From positions 62,001 through 126,000 of the forward strand of contig MCFE01000062.1 in the NCBI GenBank assembly GCA_002104905.1: a stretch of 64,000 nt of DNA, in the 5' to 3' direction. The position numbers were made by a program, and so were the translations under genes. The DNA comes from Basidiobolus meristosporus CBS 931.73 (Eukaryota > Fungi > Basidiobolomycota). Under the pieces are notes generated by a model, which saw only the letters and a list, made by a program, of their open reading frames with translations, was not told the origin of the DNA and did no database searches. Every line of letters begins with the position of its first letter. Position 1 is the stretch's first letter. This document shows positions 49,050 through 63,531 of the stretch, in pieces.

Positions 49050-51900
49050 TGCTGCAGCAGATATCATCTATCTTAGTTATCTATGTTTTCCAATTAATTT
49101 CACATTCTGGCCAATGGCTTATAGCTTGCCAACTTTGCTGCAATTGCATGCTGACTTCTGTATGTTCTCTCTGTGGGATAATAATGTGCTTAGTGTTGGT
49201 ATTTGGGTAATAATAATGTGTGTCAGTTATGAAGTGGATCTCCAGGATCTCACACATTTGACAGCAGTACCAGCCATTGTGCCCAGAAAAATCTGCTATC
49301 TTGTTGATAGATGGGATATCTCCAGTGTAGATAATAATATGTGCTTTGACATTTTGGCCATTTACTGTAATCCTGCTGAAAAGCATACAAAACACAACCA
49401 TCAATGAACACAGGTAGCTATCCATATTGGACAGTAATTTAGGCCCAGATACCAGTAAGACTACCATCAGATCTCAATAGATATATTAAGTAGGATCTTA
49501 TTGGGTGATGATGATGCAATCAAACGAGTCATTGGCCACAACCTACATTAGGAAATACAATTAGTCAGCAATTGATCTGGCAAAATATATCTAAGGAGCT
49601 GCTGGAACCTCAATAAAAATCAGTTCAAGTTTTAGTGAATACACTACTAGCTAAACTCCCTATTCCTCTACAACTCTTATACCAAGACTTGTAACAGTTG
49701 AATATGACTTGGGTGGCAAAGGACTGGCTGTGATCTGTGCAGTATCTTCTATGCTGTCTGCCTGCTTCATGGCTGAGAGGCTTGCTACAATAGCTGCATA
49801 GTCTTTTTTTTGTTCTCTTATGGCATTGAATCAGAGTAGCCTTGTCCATGGGGCCACAGTTTAATCTTGAGCAATGTAGCACTATTATATCACTTATTAG
49901 TAAATACTCATGTGAATTTAAGACAGTGTTGTATTTGAGACTTTGCACCTACACAAATGTAAGATTCAATGATGACCTGCCAAAGTACGCATTATAAATG
50001 TAGCTGTGGCACCACATACACATATATATATAATGCTATTACCCCTTTAGCTTGGCCCACTTCCATATATATGCCACCAAAAAAAAGTACAGTTGTCCAG
50101 TTCCCAACCACACCGCACCACTGATAGCAACAGAAGAACAGTTGGACAACAGCTTGCTTTGGCACTCAGTGCAACAAGCAGGGCTACATCCAAAAAAGGC
50201 CCTGTGAACAGTGTGCCCACTGAAGGTAATAATGCAGACTCCTCAGGCTCTCAGTCATGCAGGCAATTGAGAACTACTGAAGAGCTACAAGCTGACCATT
50301 ATGCTTGGGCAGATGAGAATGTAGTAAATGCAGTACCCTCAGCTAAAGACCAGCAAGTGGCTGTCATAACAGCACCACCACCCATATTAGCAAGTATGTT
50401 GTCAGCTCATACCAAGACATTAATGAAGTAATTATATACAGTGGCTGATAGAATAGATGCAATAGCCCAGATAAATCAGGAAATACCCCAGAAACAGGAT
50501 GAGCAGATAATGCATGTAGAGCAATCTATATTCCAGGTAGAGAAAGCATTATCTTTGATGCAAAGGAACTCAAGTTGCTCAATGTCACAGCCAAGAATTG
50601 AGCCATTTCCCAATGTAACAGCAGAGGAAAACTGTACAGTCTTTAAAGCACAACAACAATGCCCAGGATAACACCCACAGAACAACCTATCATAGCATAG
50701 GAGGAAGGCATTGTGGTGTTTATACTAAAGCCTAAAAACCAAATGGCTGTTACAAGTCTTGGTATAAGAGTTGTAGAGGAATAGGAAGTTTAGCTAGTAT
50801 TGTATTCACTAAAACTCAAACTCATTTTTATTGAGGTTCCAGCAGCTCCTTATATTCATTTTGCCAGATCATTTGCTGACTTATTGTATTTCCTAATGTA
50901 GGCTGTGGCTGATGACCCATTTGAATGCATCATCATCACCTAATTAGAATCTACTTAATATAACTATTTCTGTCTGATAAGGATCTGCTGATTCATTTGC
51001 TGACTGATGCTACTGATTTGATAGATAACACTGATATACTAATAGGCTAAACATAAAACTAATTGATTTGACTAAAACTGATCTAACTTGAACATTCAAG
51101 CGGTAGATCATAACATGGTATTGAGGGTCTGTGAAGCTGTTGAGTGCAATGGTGAAGAGTGGACTAATGCTCTAGTGGCTGTTAAAAGTCTTTCATGCCA
51201 TCACCTTGAGGTTGGCATAACATGTGACCAACAGAAACTCAAGGTTAAGCTGAATGTCCTCAACTTGCTCTATGAGCGTTATCCTGGATTCAAATGGGCA
51301 AAATGATTTTGGGCCAGCAATGATATGCTAAGAATGTATCTTATGGACAGCAGAAGCTATCAAAGGCAGAAGAACAAGGGTGCTATGGCTAAAAAACAGC
51401 GGCTTCCTAAGAGTCTGCTCCAGGCAGGGCTAAAAGCTCCAAGCAAGGGTCAAAGAGATATCAGGTAGCTGGAAGAGTGCCAATTGAGGACAAGCAGGCA
51501 GACAAAGATGCACCAGTTCATCATTTTTCAAGGAAAAAGTGTAGTACCACTCAAGTAGCACTCTGTCAAAGTAGCAGTGAAGGACCTGGCAGTCATGATA
51601 ACCAGCAGCTTTTTCAGGAGCCTGTCACAACTGCAGCTGAAAGCTCAACATAAGTAGAAAAAATGTTGGGTTGCTGAGAGAATGCCTGCAAGGGACATGC
51701 AGGCTAAAACAAATGTGTAAGAACAGTTCTTATCAAGGAGAAAACATAGTTCACTGCAAGAGACACTCAGAAAAAGTAGCAGTGAAAGATCTGGCTGTGA
51801 TAACAAAAAAGATGAAGGGAAAAATGTGGACCCAAGCCTGACACAGGGAAGTAAACAAATAAGCTGCAGTTCTTACAATTTAATGCATCAAGTCTGGAAC
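49050..51900. mobile_element. CACTA-type copy 3 fragments (transposase pieces on -, ORF2 on + from ~50070) with family-E LTR insertions
   Basis: Homology to 21550-21960, 22870-23990 and 33317-34000; a partial E LTR at ~49476-49696. Confidence 0.75.
50748..51115 (-). mobile_element. Solo LTR of family E inside CACTA ORF2
   Basis: 368 bp, reverse complement of LTR 38626-38993; flanks TGGC/TGGT (4-bp TSD with one transition). Confidence 0.85.
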
Positions 51901-52680
51901 AAATTGAATCCCATGATAGCCAAGAAGAATTGCCACCACTGCAGCGCTGACACATCATTTGCCAGTCTTGGCAATAAATCCTTGCAACATTTAAGTGTGA
52001 CTTCTTGACTACTGCTCTTGAAGAAGCACTGCACCTCTTAGTGTGCCTATAGTGGAGGTGGAAATCAGCTCAACTGGCTGTTCTTCTAGCTCTTACCCTA
52101 TGAGAAAGAACTTGGTCCTGCTTGCAGATTTAATCCAGATCTGCCATCATGATCCCACCAAAATGTAGTCTTAATACCAGCTGCATGGAGTTTTTGGACC
52201 TCTTTGCATACTTATTACATGAATGTTTAGGTATTTTGCTGACTTACTGCTGGATAAGTAAACATAGTTGACAGTGTTTTAGTGGACCATTGATAGAATT
52301 TCAATGGCATTCTAATGCCCTACAAAAAATCATTATGTTCTGTGGTGGATCCAATCCGGATCAGCCATCTAGATCCCATTGGGGGACTCCTAAAACACCA
52401 GCAGCTTGGAATTATTAACCATGCACACAATCTTATGATGGTATCACAATGGCAATTGGCTAATTTTACAGCTGAATAAAGTTAACAACATAGTGGCGCT
52501 TTTATGGTGCTTTGCCAAGGGTGGCATGGCATTGTTGCAGCCTTAGTGTGCTCTAAAACTATTTGTGTGGATCTAACTGGCCAATACATCTAATCGCCAT
52601 ATATGGCAAAAAACATGACAGTGCTTTGACTAGGACTCAGCTATGTTGAGAGTTAGAAAGCCCACAATGACTAGTTGGAG

Positions 52681-55444
52681 AGGCTACAATCACTATGAAA
52701 GATGACAATCAGAAGCAGTGCCAATGGAAATAGATGCTATGCTGAAGAATCCAACCTCAGAAGAATGTAAGAAGAAGGGACTTTGCTTTATTTGCCACCA
52801 GCAGGGACATATTGCAAAGTATGGCCCTCAAAGAAAAAATGGGCACCAGCCATCAAGTCACTTCAGCCATATTGAAGCCCTTGAACTAAGTAACATTGAG
52901 GATGAACTTGAAGAAGGCACAGAACTTACCTTCTATATGACTGAAGAATACCTTTCCCAGATGACCTCAAACTGAGGAAAGCTGCTATACTTGAATGGAG
53001 TAATTAATGGAGTACCAGCCAAGCTCATGATCAACTCAGGAGCATTGCATGGGTACATTTCAGAGCAATAGGCTTTAAAGCTGGAATCAGCTCAAGACTC
53101 ACCAAATCAACTTCAGTCTCAACAGCTGATAGGAACTCTCCCATAATCAACTGTGTTACTGGTAAGAAAGAAGATCAATGATTATAAAAAACCTACAGGC
53201 CTATATAATTGGGAGCTGCAAATTTGACCTTGTACTTGAAAAACCTGGCTAATTTGTTGTAATCCATCAGGCAACTGGTGAACTCATACTACTGAGATTT
53301 GGAAGGACTACAAGACCTATGAGCTAATACCTCCCAGACTGGATTTCAACTTTGTCAATTCCAGTATATTTGAAACAAGCAAACTTACCAGGAAACTGTT
53401 TTGTTGAGTGCTTAGAAAAGGTACCCAGATGTACCTCATGGTGGTATTACAGGAGGACTCCTTCACTTCAGCACCCCAGAAGGGCCAGACTCTTTGAAGC
53501 AATATTCAAAAATATTTCCAGATGAACTTTTAAGCCTACAACCAGTCAGAGATGTGGATCAAGCCAATGATGCAGGAGATAGCCTTCCAGTGAGTAGGAC
53601 ACCTTACAGAATGAGTCCATTGGAGTTGAAAGAAACAAAGAGACAGATGGATCAATTAATGGAGGAAGGGAATATCAGACTTTGTAAGTCTCTTTGGAAG
53701 GCAGCAGTACTTTTTGCAAAATAGAAGGAAAGAACACTTAAGATATGCATTGACTACCTAGCCCTCAACCCAGTTACCATGAAGAATAAGTACCCCATAG
53801 ATAGGATTGATGAGCTTTTGTCCCAACTCAAAGGAGCTACCATATTCAGTAACATTGTCACATCAGGATACAACCAGTATAGGGTGAAACCTGAAGACTT
53901 CCCTTAGAGAGAATTCAGGACCAGATATGGACATTGAAGGTAATTAGTCATGAGTCTTGGCCTTATCATTACCCCTGCAACACACATGAATTTGATGCAA
54001 ACAGTCTTCCAGGTGTACTTAGACAAGTCTGTGATGATCTACCTAGATGCTTCAGGAGTACCTTAACAAGTTTGTGATACTCAACCTAGATGAAATATTG
54101 ATATACAGCAAGACAGAAGAGGATCATGTGGTACACATTGAAAAGGTCTTAAAGAAGCTAAGAGAGAGCAAACTATATGGCAAGCTGGCCAAGTGAGAAT
54201 TCTTCAAGGAACATATTCAGTACCTGGGACACATAGTGACTAGCACAGGAGTGACCTTGGACCCTAAGAAGGTTGAAGTATTCAAAATCTGAAGCAGCCC
54301 CATAGCTTTTGAGAAATCAGATCATTACTTGGAATATTCACTATCATTGAAGATTTGTTAAATCCTGTTCAAGAATTGCAGCCTGTTCAACTGATATTCT
54401 CAGGAAAGACAACATCTTGAAGTGAGACATAGCCTTTGAGACTGCCTTTCAGATGCTCAAAAATGAACTTGATAAGCTGTCAAGCATAAGAATCAAAGAC
54501 TTCAGAAACAAGTTTACTTTGTGCACAGATGCTTTAGACTATGCAATTGGTGGAGTACTGAGCCAAGAACATGAGGCAAAGGATGGCCCAGTTGCTTTTG
54601 AGTTCAAAAAACCAAACTCTAGCTTTATTGCAAAAATATTGGAAGCTTACCTGGAAATGCAGCATATTGAGCACTGAAAACCTCAGCATATCACCCTAAA
54701 ACTAAATGAGTTACTGAGTGATTCAATGATTTTTTTGAAATATGCTGACCAAGTATGTAAATGGAGCTGTCAGTTGATGGGATGAATTTTAGACTAAGCA
54801 CTTTTTGTATGCAGAGTTAGAATACACAACACCACTAAACAATTGCCATTTTACTCAGTGTATGGATGTGAACCATGGATACCAGGAGATCTCACGCAAT
54901 CACAGCTTACAGATGCCTTAGTAGATGAGCTCAGTCAGTCAAGTAGACACCAACAGCTGGAACAAAGATGTGATTTAGCTCATAGATATAGACTCAAGCT
55001 TGCAAGACTTGCAAAGAATACTGAACCATCAAGATGTTGGCATCATTAAAAAAGATTAAAGGGAACCCCCTCTATAAGTCATGATCCTCCACTTGGGTGT
55101 TTAGATTAGATCAGCTTTTAGTCAAAACAATTAGTAAATGTTAAGACTATCAGTATAATAGTTTAGTCCATCAGATCAGTAGCATTTGTCAGCAAAATGA
55201 ATCAACAAACCCTTCTTGGACAGAAATAGATATATTAAATAGGATCTTATTAGGTGATGATGATGCAATTAAATGAGTTAACAGCTACAACCTACATTAG
55301 GATATAAGATTAGTCAGCAATTGACCTGGCAAATTGCATTTAAGGAGCTGTTGGAATACAGATAAAAATCAGTTCAAGTTTCAGCAAGTGCAATACTAGC
55401 TAAACTCCCTATATCTACACAATTCTTCTATCAAGTCTTGTAAC
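52681..55444 (+). pseudogene. Older, internally deleted family-E gypsy copy with 3' LTR (~55078-55444)
   Basis: Collinear with 39480-43324 ([39 protein letters not shown]); many stops; most of RNase H/integrase deleted near 54610. Confidence 0.85.
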
Positions 55445-55449
55445 TATAA

Positions 55450-57010
55450 AAATGAGTGGCTACCTCAGAGGCCTATCACAGCATGGGCTGAGAGCTGAAA
55501 ACCAAAGAGAAAGAAGCATTGGGTTGCCTACAAAGTGCCAGCAAAGGACAGGCAGGCCAAAGCAGATGCATCAGAGCAGCATATATCAAGGGGAGCTTGT
55601 AGTCTAATACTAGAAGTACTCAAGCAAGATAGCAGTAAAAGACCTGGCAGTGATAAAGCAGAGAGTAAGGGGAAAAAGTCTACCCAAGCCAGAGACAGAG
55701 AAGAGTGAGAAAAAAGCTGCAGTTGTTGCCCAATAACACCATAAGCCCACAACAGATTGAATTCCACCATAGCCATGAAGAAATACCTACAAGAAAACCG
55801 CTGTTTGAAGAGGAGTTGGAAGTGCAGCCAGTTGAGTTACACTCCAGTGAGGCAGATGAGTTTGCAGAGAAGGGTAATTTATCTACTACATTCACATTCC
55901 CCACTGTGACAGAGCAGAAATATCAGTAACAGAAAAAGTAACAATGCCAAAAACTAACATGGTTATCTCAGTGACTTTAGTTGAATTTTGAAACATTAAT
56001 AGGCACACAAAGAGGCTGCAGCATTTCTTCAACAGCAGTACTCAAGGAAATGCACTGAATGTTGCACAGAATTATTGTAAAGACTTGCAGATGAGGAGCA
56101 AGAACTTGCAGTGCCAGATGAAGACCAGGAAGTATGGGAACCAGGGAATGAACAGTGCCATACAGCCATAGGGTTTTTGCCAAAGTGATGGAAACACAGC
56201 ATTAGAGCGGATATATATATTGAGTAATGGGTATTAATAGAGTTACTTATTGCATATGGGGTTGGACTTGATGTTAGTCTAGGGTAAAGAGACTTGTATA
56301 GGTCAATACAATTGACCACTCAGGTACAGCTGATATTTTGACGGAAATAAATCAAGTTGTTTGCATGAAAAGTAAGAGAAATGACTGAGTCAGGCAGTAT
56401 GGGGTGTTAAAAGAGGCAATAGCCAATCAATGCAAACAAATGTAGGAGGTGATAGAGTGTTCAGGATCAGAAAGTGAGAAACTGTTGGAAAACCAATCAA
56501 GCACCACTTTTGTAATGTTGTGATGAACAATTTTGATCATGTTTTTTGTGAAATCTGGGAGGCAATTATTTTTGATAGTCTTTACAAGGTGTCCAGATGG
56601 GGTCAATTCCACTTTGTCATGGGACTTTAGCCATGTGAAAGCCTTTTGACAGGATCATCAAAATAACTTATCATAGGGATGGTCTTATTGCTACCTATGC
56701 TTATTTGAGCAGACTTGACCAGACAATACATCCAATTGGCATATATGGAGCAAAACTCCCTAGTATTTTGATGGCCTCAATATAGACATCTGTTTGCATT
56801 ATAACAGCAGTTTGGTGGCCTGCAGCTAGCCCTGTCTAATGCAACCATATCAATTTACCAAATGGTATATCCTTGTGCCACTTCCCCCTGCAACATACAT
56901 ATGTCCCATTATAGAGAAATGCATGTGCTTTCCACTTACATTTTGAATCAAAAAAAATTATGGCCTCCTGCTTACTAGCCTTTATATACATGCACACCTG
57001 CCTACATTGC
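55450..57010. mobile_element. CACTA-type remnant: ORF2 3' end and downstream region (+), then a transposase 3' fragment (~56820-57010)
   Basis: Homology to 51500-51900, inverted homology to 59500-60600, and homology to 20250-20450. Confidence 0.65.
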
Positions 57011-57719
57011 CCTTCAACTGATACCCTGACAAGAGACAGTTCATTGAAGTGAAATATAGTATTTAAGACTGCCATTTAGACACTTAAGGATGAGCATTCC
57101 AAGCTGCTAAGCTTATGAATACCTACCTTCAGAGAACAGTCTACTACATGCATAGGTGCTTGACATAGTGTAATTGGGGGAGTACCTTGTTGCACAAGAG
57201 CCCAATAAGCTGAACTAAACAGAACCAGCCTACTCATCACATGAGAAAGAGCAGCTTACTATAATACACCATTTAAAGACACATTGATGCTACATCAAAG
57301 GAGTCATTTGCACTGATCAAGCCTTACTTTGATACAAAAGCCCTCAAAAGAAACTGTACAGAAAAATGACAAGACAGGGTGAGCATGTTCAGCAACTTGT
57401 TTGCACAAATTCTTCTGCCCTCAGTAAATAATACATTTGCTGTGCCTTATTAAGACTAAATATAGTTGCACAACTCAACCTTGTGCATGATTGAATTGAC
57501 CCTGCTTATTACCAAAGTACTTGTATGGTTCAGCTGTTTCTTGCAGGGCACATGTGTGTGAAGTCTTGACAAAGAAGAATTGCAATGGAATACAAGCATT
57601 AACTAGTGTCATGTTCACTAACACAGGAATTGATTTAAACTCATATTACAACCGCTCCTTAGATCCATTATGACAGACCAGAATGGCCTGATTGTATTTT
57701 ATAGCAGAGGATATATCTG

Positions 57720-58860
57720 CAAGCAATACTGCTGATGTGATACATTGCCCCCAAGCTAATGGAGTGACAGAGTTGTGTAATACACTATTTGAAAAATTGC
57801 TGACTAAGAACTAAAATCAAGGTGTCAGTTGATGGGATGACTCCTCACACATTGAGTGAATTTGGCATCATTTAGTAGCTGAAAACTCATGCGGCAACTT
57901 TAACTAGTCTTAGCCATTGTAGGATGCATATAATACCCAAATGTGCCACTTTTCTGAGGTATATAATCCTGTGATCATTTTTCAAAAGATATGATCTAAT
58001 TGGCACTTTTTCAAAAAACTACATACTAGCCATTAAAAAGTAACAACTTGCACCTGAGTACTTAGTAACTCTCTAAACCTAGTGCAACAGTTGTATTGCA
58101 TCTAGAAAGGGATAAATACTGAGTATTTTTATGCATACCCAATAGTTCAGCCATTACACTATTTCTTGACAAGCTCCATATATACAAACACTTCATACAT
58201 TACTATCATGATTATCTTGACTGAGCACTATTTGCCTGTAGAGTTAGAGTATATAGCATCACTCAGCAATAGTCATTTTGCTTTGTGGATGGAGATAATT
58301 CAAGGATTCCAGGATTTTCCATAAATTCAAAGCTTACAGATATCTTGAAAGATGATCTAGGCTAGCCAAGAAAGCACCAACCACTAAAACCAAAGTGTCA
58401 AGAGGCACAGGCTAAAGTGCCCAGGAGTGAAGAAAAGATAAAGCAGAATTTTGCTTAGACTATGTAATCAGAGGCATTTACCATTGTAGTTTTTGTATTA
58501 CCAAGAAACAACAACTGGAAGAGTTATGAGCCCCAATAAGCAGCACCATTTAGATTATCACAGAATGCCAATATGTGTCATACCAACCAGCAGCCAAACA
58601 GGGCAATATCCAAGAAGATTTGTTTCTTACAGTTAGATCAACTATGCTATACTTTCTGAATCTGCAGGACCAACAAGCTATTGGAGTCACAACAAAAGAG
58701 ATCTAGACAAACTATTCCAGCAGGAGACAATGTTGCAATTTACTACTTGAATGCTGAATTAATTCAGCTTTTAGTCATGTAACTTTGTATTTATGTTAGG
58801 CCCTCTATTGATGAGTGTTCCCTATCAAATTTGTAGTACTAGTTAACAGGTACCATATGT
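57720..58860 (+). pseudogene. Highly decayed family-E integrase and LTR relic
   Basis: Patches align with 42330-42430 (ctaatggagtgacagag..ctatttgaaaaa), 42520-42850 and the LTR-E start. Confidence 0.5.
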
Positions 58861-59469
58861 AAAATCTCAAACTTGGAGTACATATGATTTTTGGCTGGTA
58901 TTTGTCTGATATTTACATGGTATTAACCAGAATTTTGCTGATGTGTCTGTTTCAAGCTTTCAGTTGTAGTCAATGATAGAACTGATGGCAAACAATCACC
59001 AAATTTGGAAAGAGTGCTACTTGGCCTAGTATCCCCCTATAAAGAATGTATGCTTACCAGCTTTGAAGCTAGTGCCAAAGATGCTGAGAGTTGCCACTTA
59101 TGGGAAAGCAGGAGTTTTACTGATAAAATGCTGGTATTCTGCTGGCTGTAACAATTTGTGTATCCACCAATGTACTCACCTGACTAGTTACTTGGACAAT
59201 TACCTACAAATCCCAAGGAATACAAACCAAATTCATTGTTGGGTTTTAATTGGGATACTTCCACCAAAACATCAGGTACACTAAGGCTCACAGCTACTTT
59301 AAAAGGAATGGTAAGGCATTAGATTGGTGCTTCTAACAGAGAGTAAAGGAGCCCAAAGAGCCTTAGTAAGGAGATACTGCAGTAACTGGGTATAGCCTAT
59401 TCATATTTGCTCCAAATGATGCTACAAACAAGGCAACAAATGTGAGGTATTTATATGAGAAATTGTCAT

Positions 59470-61740
59470 GATAATCCTGTTAAAAGGCCATCACAAATTT
59501 GAAGTCCCATGACTAAGAGGTATTGATCTCATTGGGACATTGTGCAAAAACCATCAAATAATAATTGCATCCCAGATTTCACAAAAAATTAGTCAAAACT
59601 TTTAATCACAAGCCAACAAAAGTGGCTATTGATTGATTCTCTGGCAATTTTCTCACTTTCTGATCCTGGACACTTTATTACCTCCTATGTTTGTGTACAT
59701 TGATTGGCTATTGCCGCTTTTTCACACTTCTTACTTCCTGACCTAACCATTTCTCTTACTTTTCATGCAAACAAATTGATTTATTTCTGTTGAAACTTCA
59801 GCTGTACCTCAATTGCCAGTTATATCAGCCTACACAAGTCCCTATACCTTTGATAAACATTAAACCCAACTCCACACTCAATAGGTCACTCCATTAGATT
59901 CCACCATTCAATATGTATTTCTGCTGTAATGCTGTATTTTCATGACTTTGGTGGGAACCCTATGGCTTTATGCCACTGTTGATTCACTAACTCTCATACA
60001 TCCTAGTCTTCAGCCAGCAATGCAATGTCTAGCACCTCATCTGCTAGTCTTTACAATAAATTTGTGCAATATTCAAGTGTATTTTTTTGAGCACTGCTCT
60101 TGAAGAAGTGCTGCAACCTCTTGCAAGTTTTTGATGTTGTGACTTTGTCTCTTGGTGATATCTTCACTCTGTCCACAATGGAGGATGTGGAGGCTGTGGT
60201 AGACAAATTGCCTTTTTTGGCAAATACATCTACCTCACTGGAGTGTAGCTCAACTGGCGGCACTTCTAACTGTTGTGAAAACAGCTGTTTTCTTGTTGGT
60301 AATTCTCCTTGGCTATAATGGGATTTGGTCTGTTCTGGGCTTACAGCATAAATTGGCAAGAACTGCAGCTTCTTTTGGACACATCCCTGTTTCTGGCCTG
60401 GGTGCATATTTGCCCATTATCTTTTCCTTTGCCACAGCCAGGTCTTTTACAGCTACTTTGTCAGAGAGCTGCTTGTGTTGAACTACATTTTCTCCTTGAT
60501 AAATGCTGCCATAATGCATCTGTTTTGGCCTTCTTGCTCCTTACTGGCACTCTGCAGGCAACCTGATGCTTTTTTCCTGCTTGTACTGAGCTCTCAGCCC
60601 ATTCTGTGATGGGCTCCTGATGTAGCCACTGGTTTTATTACTGCCAAATCCATCACTGCTAATTTGACTGGATGCTTATAGAGTCAAATTATACTTTTCA
60701 CTGACAAATGTTGTGCTGGTGTATCTGTGTCTGCTTGCATGTCCCCTATCAGTACTCTTCTAGCTACCCAATGTCTCTTTGATGCGTGTTTGGAGCTTTT
60801 GGCCCTGCTTGTAACAAACTCTTGAGGAAGCTGCTGGTTTCTAGCCATTATACCCTTGTTCTTCTATCTTTGGCAGTCTCTGCTATTCTGGAGAAGCTTT
60901 CTTAGCATACCAATGCTGGCCCAAAGTCTATTTGCTTGCTTGAATCAGAATAATGCTCATGGAACATATTAAGCACATTCTGCTTGGGCATAAGTTCCTG
61001 ATGATCCCCTGGTAAGCTGGCCTTAAGGTATTGGCTTGCAAGACTTCTAAAGGTCTCATGAATATCAGCCTGCTCTTCATTGTAGCACTCAATAGCTGCA
61101 AAGATCCTTAATGTCTTTTGATTGTTAGGCTTTGGTGTGAACGCTACATTGTCTCCCTCCAATGATATGATAGGTTTTTCTGTAACCTTTATCTTTGGGC
61201 TCTGTTATTGTGTTTCAAAGACTTTACACTGTTGCTCTGCTGTTGCATTACAAAATGCCTACTGCACCTAATTACCTCATTAATGCTTTGGTTAAGCTTA
61301 AAGTTTACTTGCTAGTAAAGGCAGTTGTGATGTCATGATGGCCACTTGCCACTCTGCAACTGAAGGTACTTCTTTTGCTACATTTGCATCTGCCTCAGTA
61401 TAACAGTCAGCTAGTGGCTCCACACAGATTCCCCATTGCTTACTTGACTGCAAGCCTGAGGAGTCCACATTATTCCCTTCAGTGGGCATACTGTCCACAG
61501 GGCCTTTTTTGGATGTAGCTACACTTGTTGCACTTAATGTCAAAGCAAGCTGCTGTCCAACCATTCTTCTGTTGCTGTCAGGGGTGGGGTTTGGTTGGGA
61601 ACCAGACAACTTTGCTTTATTTTTTGGAGGCATATATATGGATGTGAGTCAAACCAAAGGGGAAATGGCATCAAATATACATGTATTTGTTGTGCCACAA
61701 GTTTAATATAATGGTTATTAAGGTGGTAGGCATGATCACC
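59470..61740 (-). mobile_element. CACTA-type copy 4 arm: ORF2 (MPPKNKAKLSGSQPNP.., from 61633) and its downstream region
   Basis: Track ORFs 61298-61633, 60902-61162 and 60051-60407 are homologous to the ORF2 pieces at 23249+, 50093+ and 55705+. Confidence 0.75.
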
Positions 61741-61806
61741 ATAACTCATCCAAAAATTTTTTCCATTCACAAATAAAGTGAAGAGTATCTTCCCGCATAG
61801 TGAATG

Positions 61807-62982
61807 TGTGGTAATGGAAGTATTCCATTACTACAATACCTCTAAATCAATATTGCACTCATTTCTTTATTTTGCTTTTGGCTATTGTAACACACAAGTG
61901 AAAGATCAAGAGTTTCCAACTCTGAAGGATAAATGCTCCAGACGCTGTCAAGCAATCCACCCAAGAATACTATGTCATACAGAACACATAGTAGCCAGCA
62001 CATGTTTCAAATTACAGCTCATTTGAAGCAGTGCTTAAGGAGTTATGACCAAAAGAGTCCAATTATTGTATACACTAGGTCTCTAATGAACAGATTACTA
62101 TGATGACTTTGATCACATGTAGCTTGTGAACCAGCCAGCCAAATCACGTGAGATCTTCACAGGTGCTGCACCAATGTCCAATCTGTGCCACTGCAAGATT
62201 TTGGCTTTGTAGCACATATATTGCTTGCGCAATTGCCCAAGAACTTTGATCCTTCAGAATTTTCATATATTTGACTTCCCCAGCTGAAAAATAGGAGAGA
62301 GCCTCTCTTTCCAGAATCTCCACACTACAATTACAAGTTTAACGGTTATAAGACTTCCCCTGCATCACTTGCACTGTTGAGTATTCTGACTTTGATTGGT
62401 ACTACATTAGTAAAGAGACTGCAAAGCTCACAAAAATCCAATCTAAGTTCCACAAGAAACTTCCACTTTTCTGTTGGAAAAGTCCCCTCTAAGAAACACC
62501 TTTACTCTAAAGTCACCCCTTTAGACACCCCTTTAGTCTAAAGACCCCTTTAGAGACACCTTTAAGAAACCCCTTTACTCTAAAGAAGCCTGTTTACTCT
62601 AAAGACACCCCTTCAGGTCTAAAGACCCCTTTAGAGACTTCTACAACACACCCCTTCAAATTAAAGGGGAGTTCAGAATTTCCATATTAGGAAATATTTT
62701 CTCAGCAAGCAAAGTGACTTCCAAATAAGGAAAAGTTACTATAAAATTAAATAAACCCATTAGTTGACAGAAGGTGAGAACACTGCTGTAGAAGTGATAA
62801 ACACTGCCTATAGAATGTTTTGAGCCTAAGATTGAGGAAATTAGTGAAAGTTATATCTTCTATCAATATATCAAACTCCCAATAAACAATTTCAGTATTA
62901 GCATACTGGAAGTTGTTGTATATTGTTGATTAGCCTCTGCATTATAGAACAAGCCCCAAACTAATCATAATACAACACAACA
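61807..62982. mobile_element. Second copy of family F (1176 bp)
   Basis: Same termini TGTGGTAATGG..CACAACA; flanks AATG/GATG; collinear with 35282-36525 apart from a shorter repeat array. Confidence 0.85.
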
Positions 62983-63164
62983 GATGCATGGCAGTTAGTA
63001 TGCAATTGCAGCAAGGTAAGTAAGCTTTACCCCATCAGCCATAATATGCGACTAATCAAAACTAAAGTCTCAAAATAGAGGGAACCTGTTAAAGCAAAAG
63101 CACTTAACTGTGCACAATGCATTTACTCTTCCAAAGTATCTTTACACTACTGACCAAGTTATAC

Positions 63165-63531
63165 CCCTACAAGTCTTGATATAAGAGTTGCAGAGGAATA
63201 GGGAGTTTAGTTAGTATTGTATTAAGTAAAACTTGAAATGATTTTTATTGAGGCTTCAGCAGCTCCTAGTATATATTTTGCCAGATCAATTGCTGACTAA
63301 TTGTATTGCCTAATGTAGGTTGTGGCTGATGATTCATTTGAGTGCATCATTGTCATCCAATAAAATCCTACTTAATATATATTTTTGTCTGATAAAGATC
63401 TGCTGATTCATTTGCTGAATAATGCTGCTGATTTGATAGATAGTAGTGACAAAGTGATAGGCTAAACATATAACTAATTGGTTTGGCTAAAAACTGATCT
63501 AACTAGAACATTCAAGTAATAGATAATAACA
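63165..63531 (-). mobile_element. Degenerate family-E LTR
   Basis: Reverse-complement match to 38626-38993 with an eroded end. Confidence 0.8.

Noticed and set aside
51900-52680. Unassigned CpG-poor segment (also 57010-57720 and 58860-59470)
   Set aside because: Probably old TE debris, but no motif or in-window homologue was identified.
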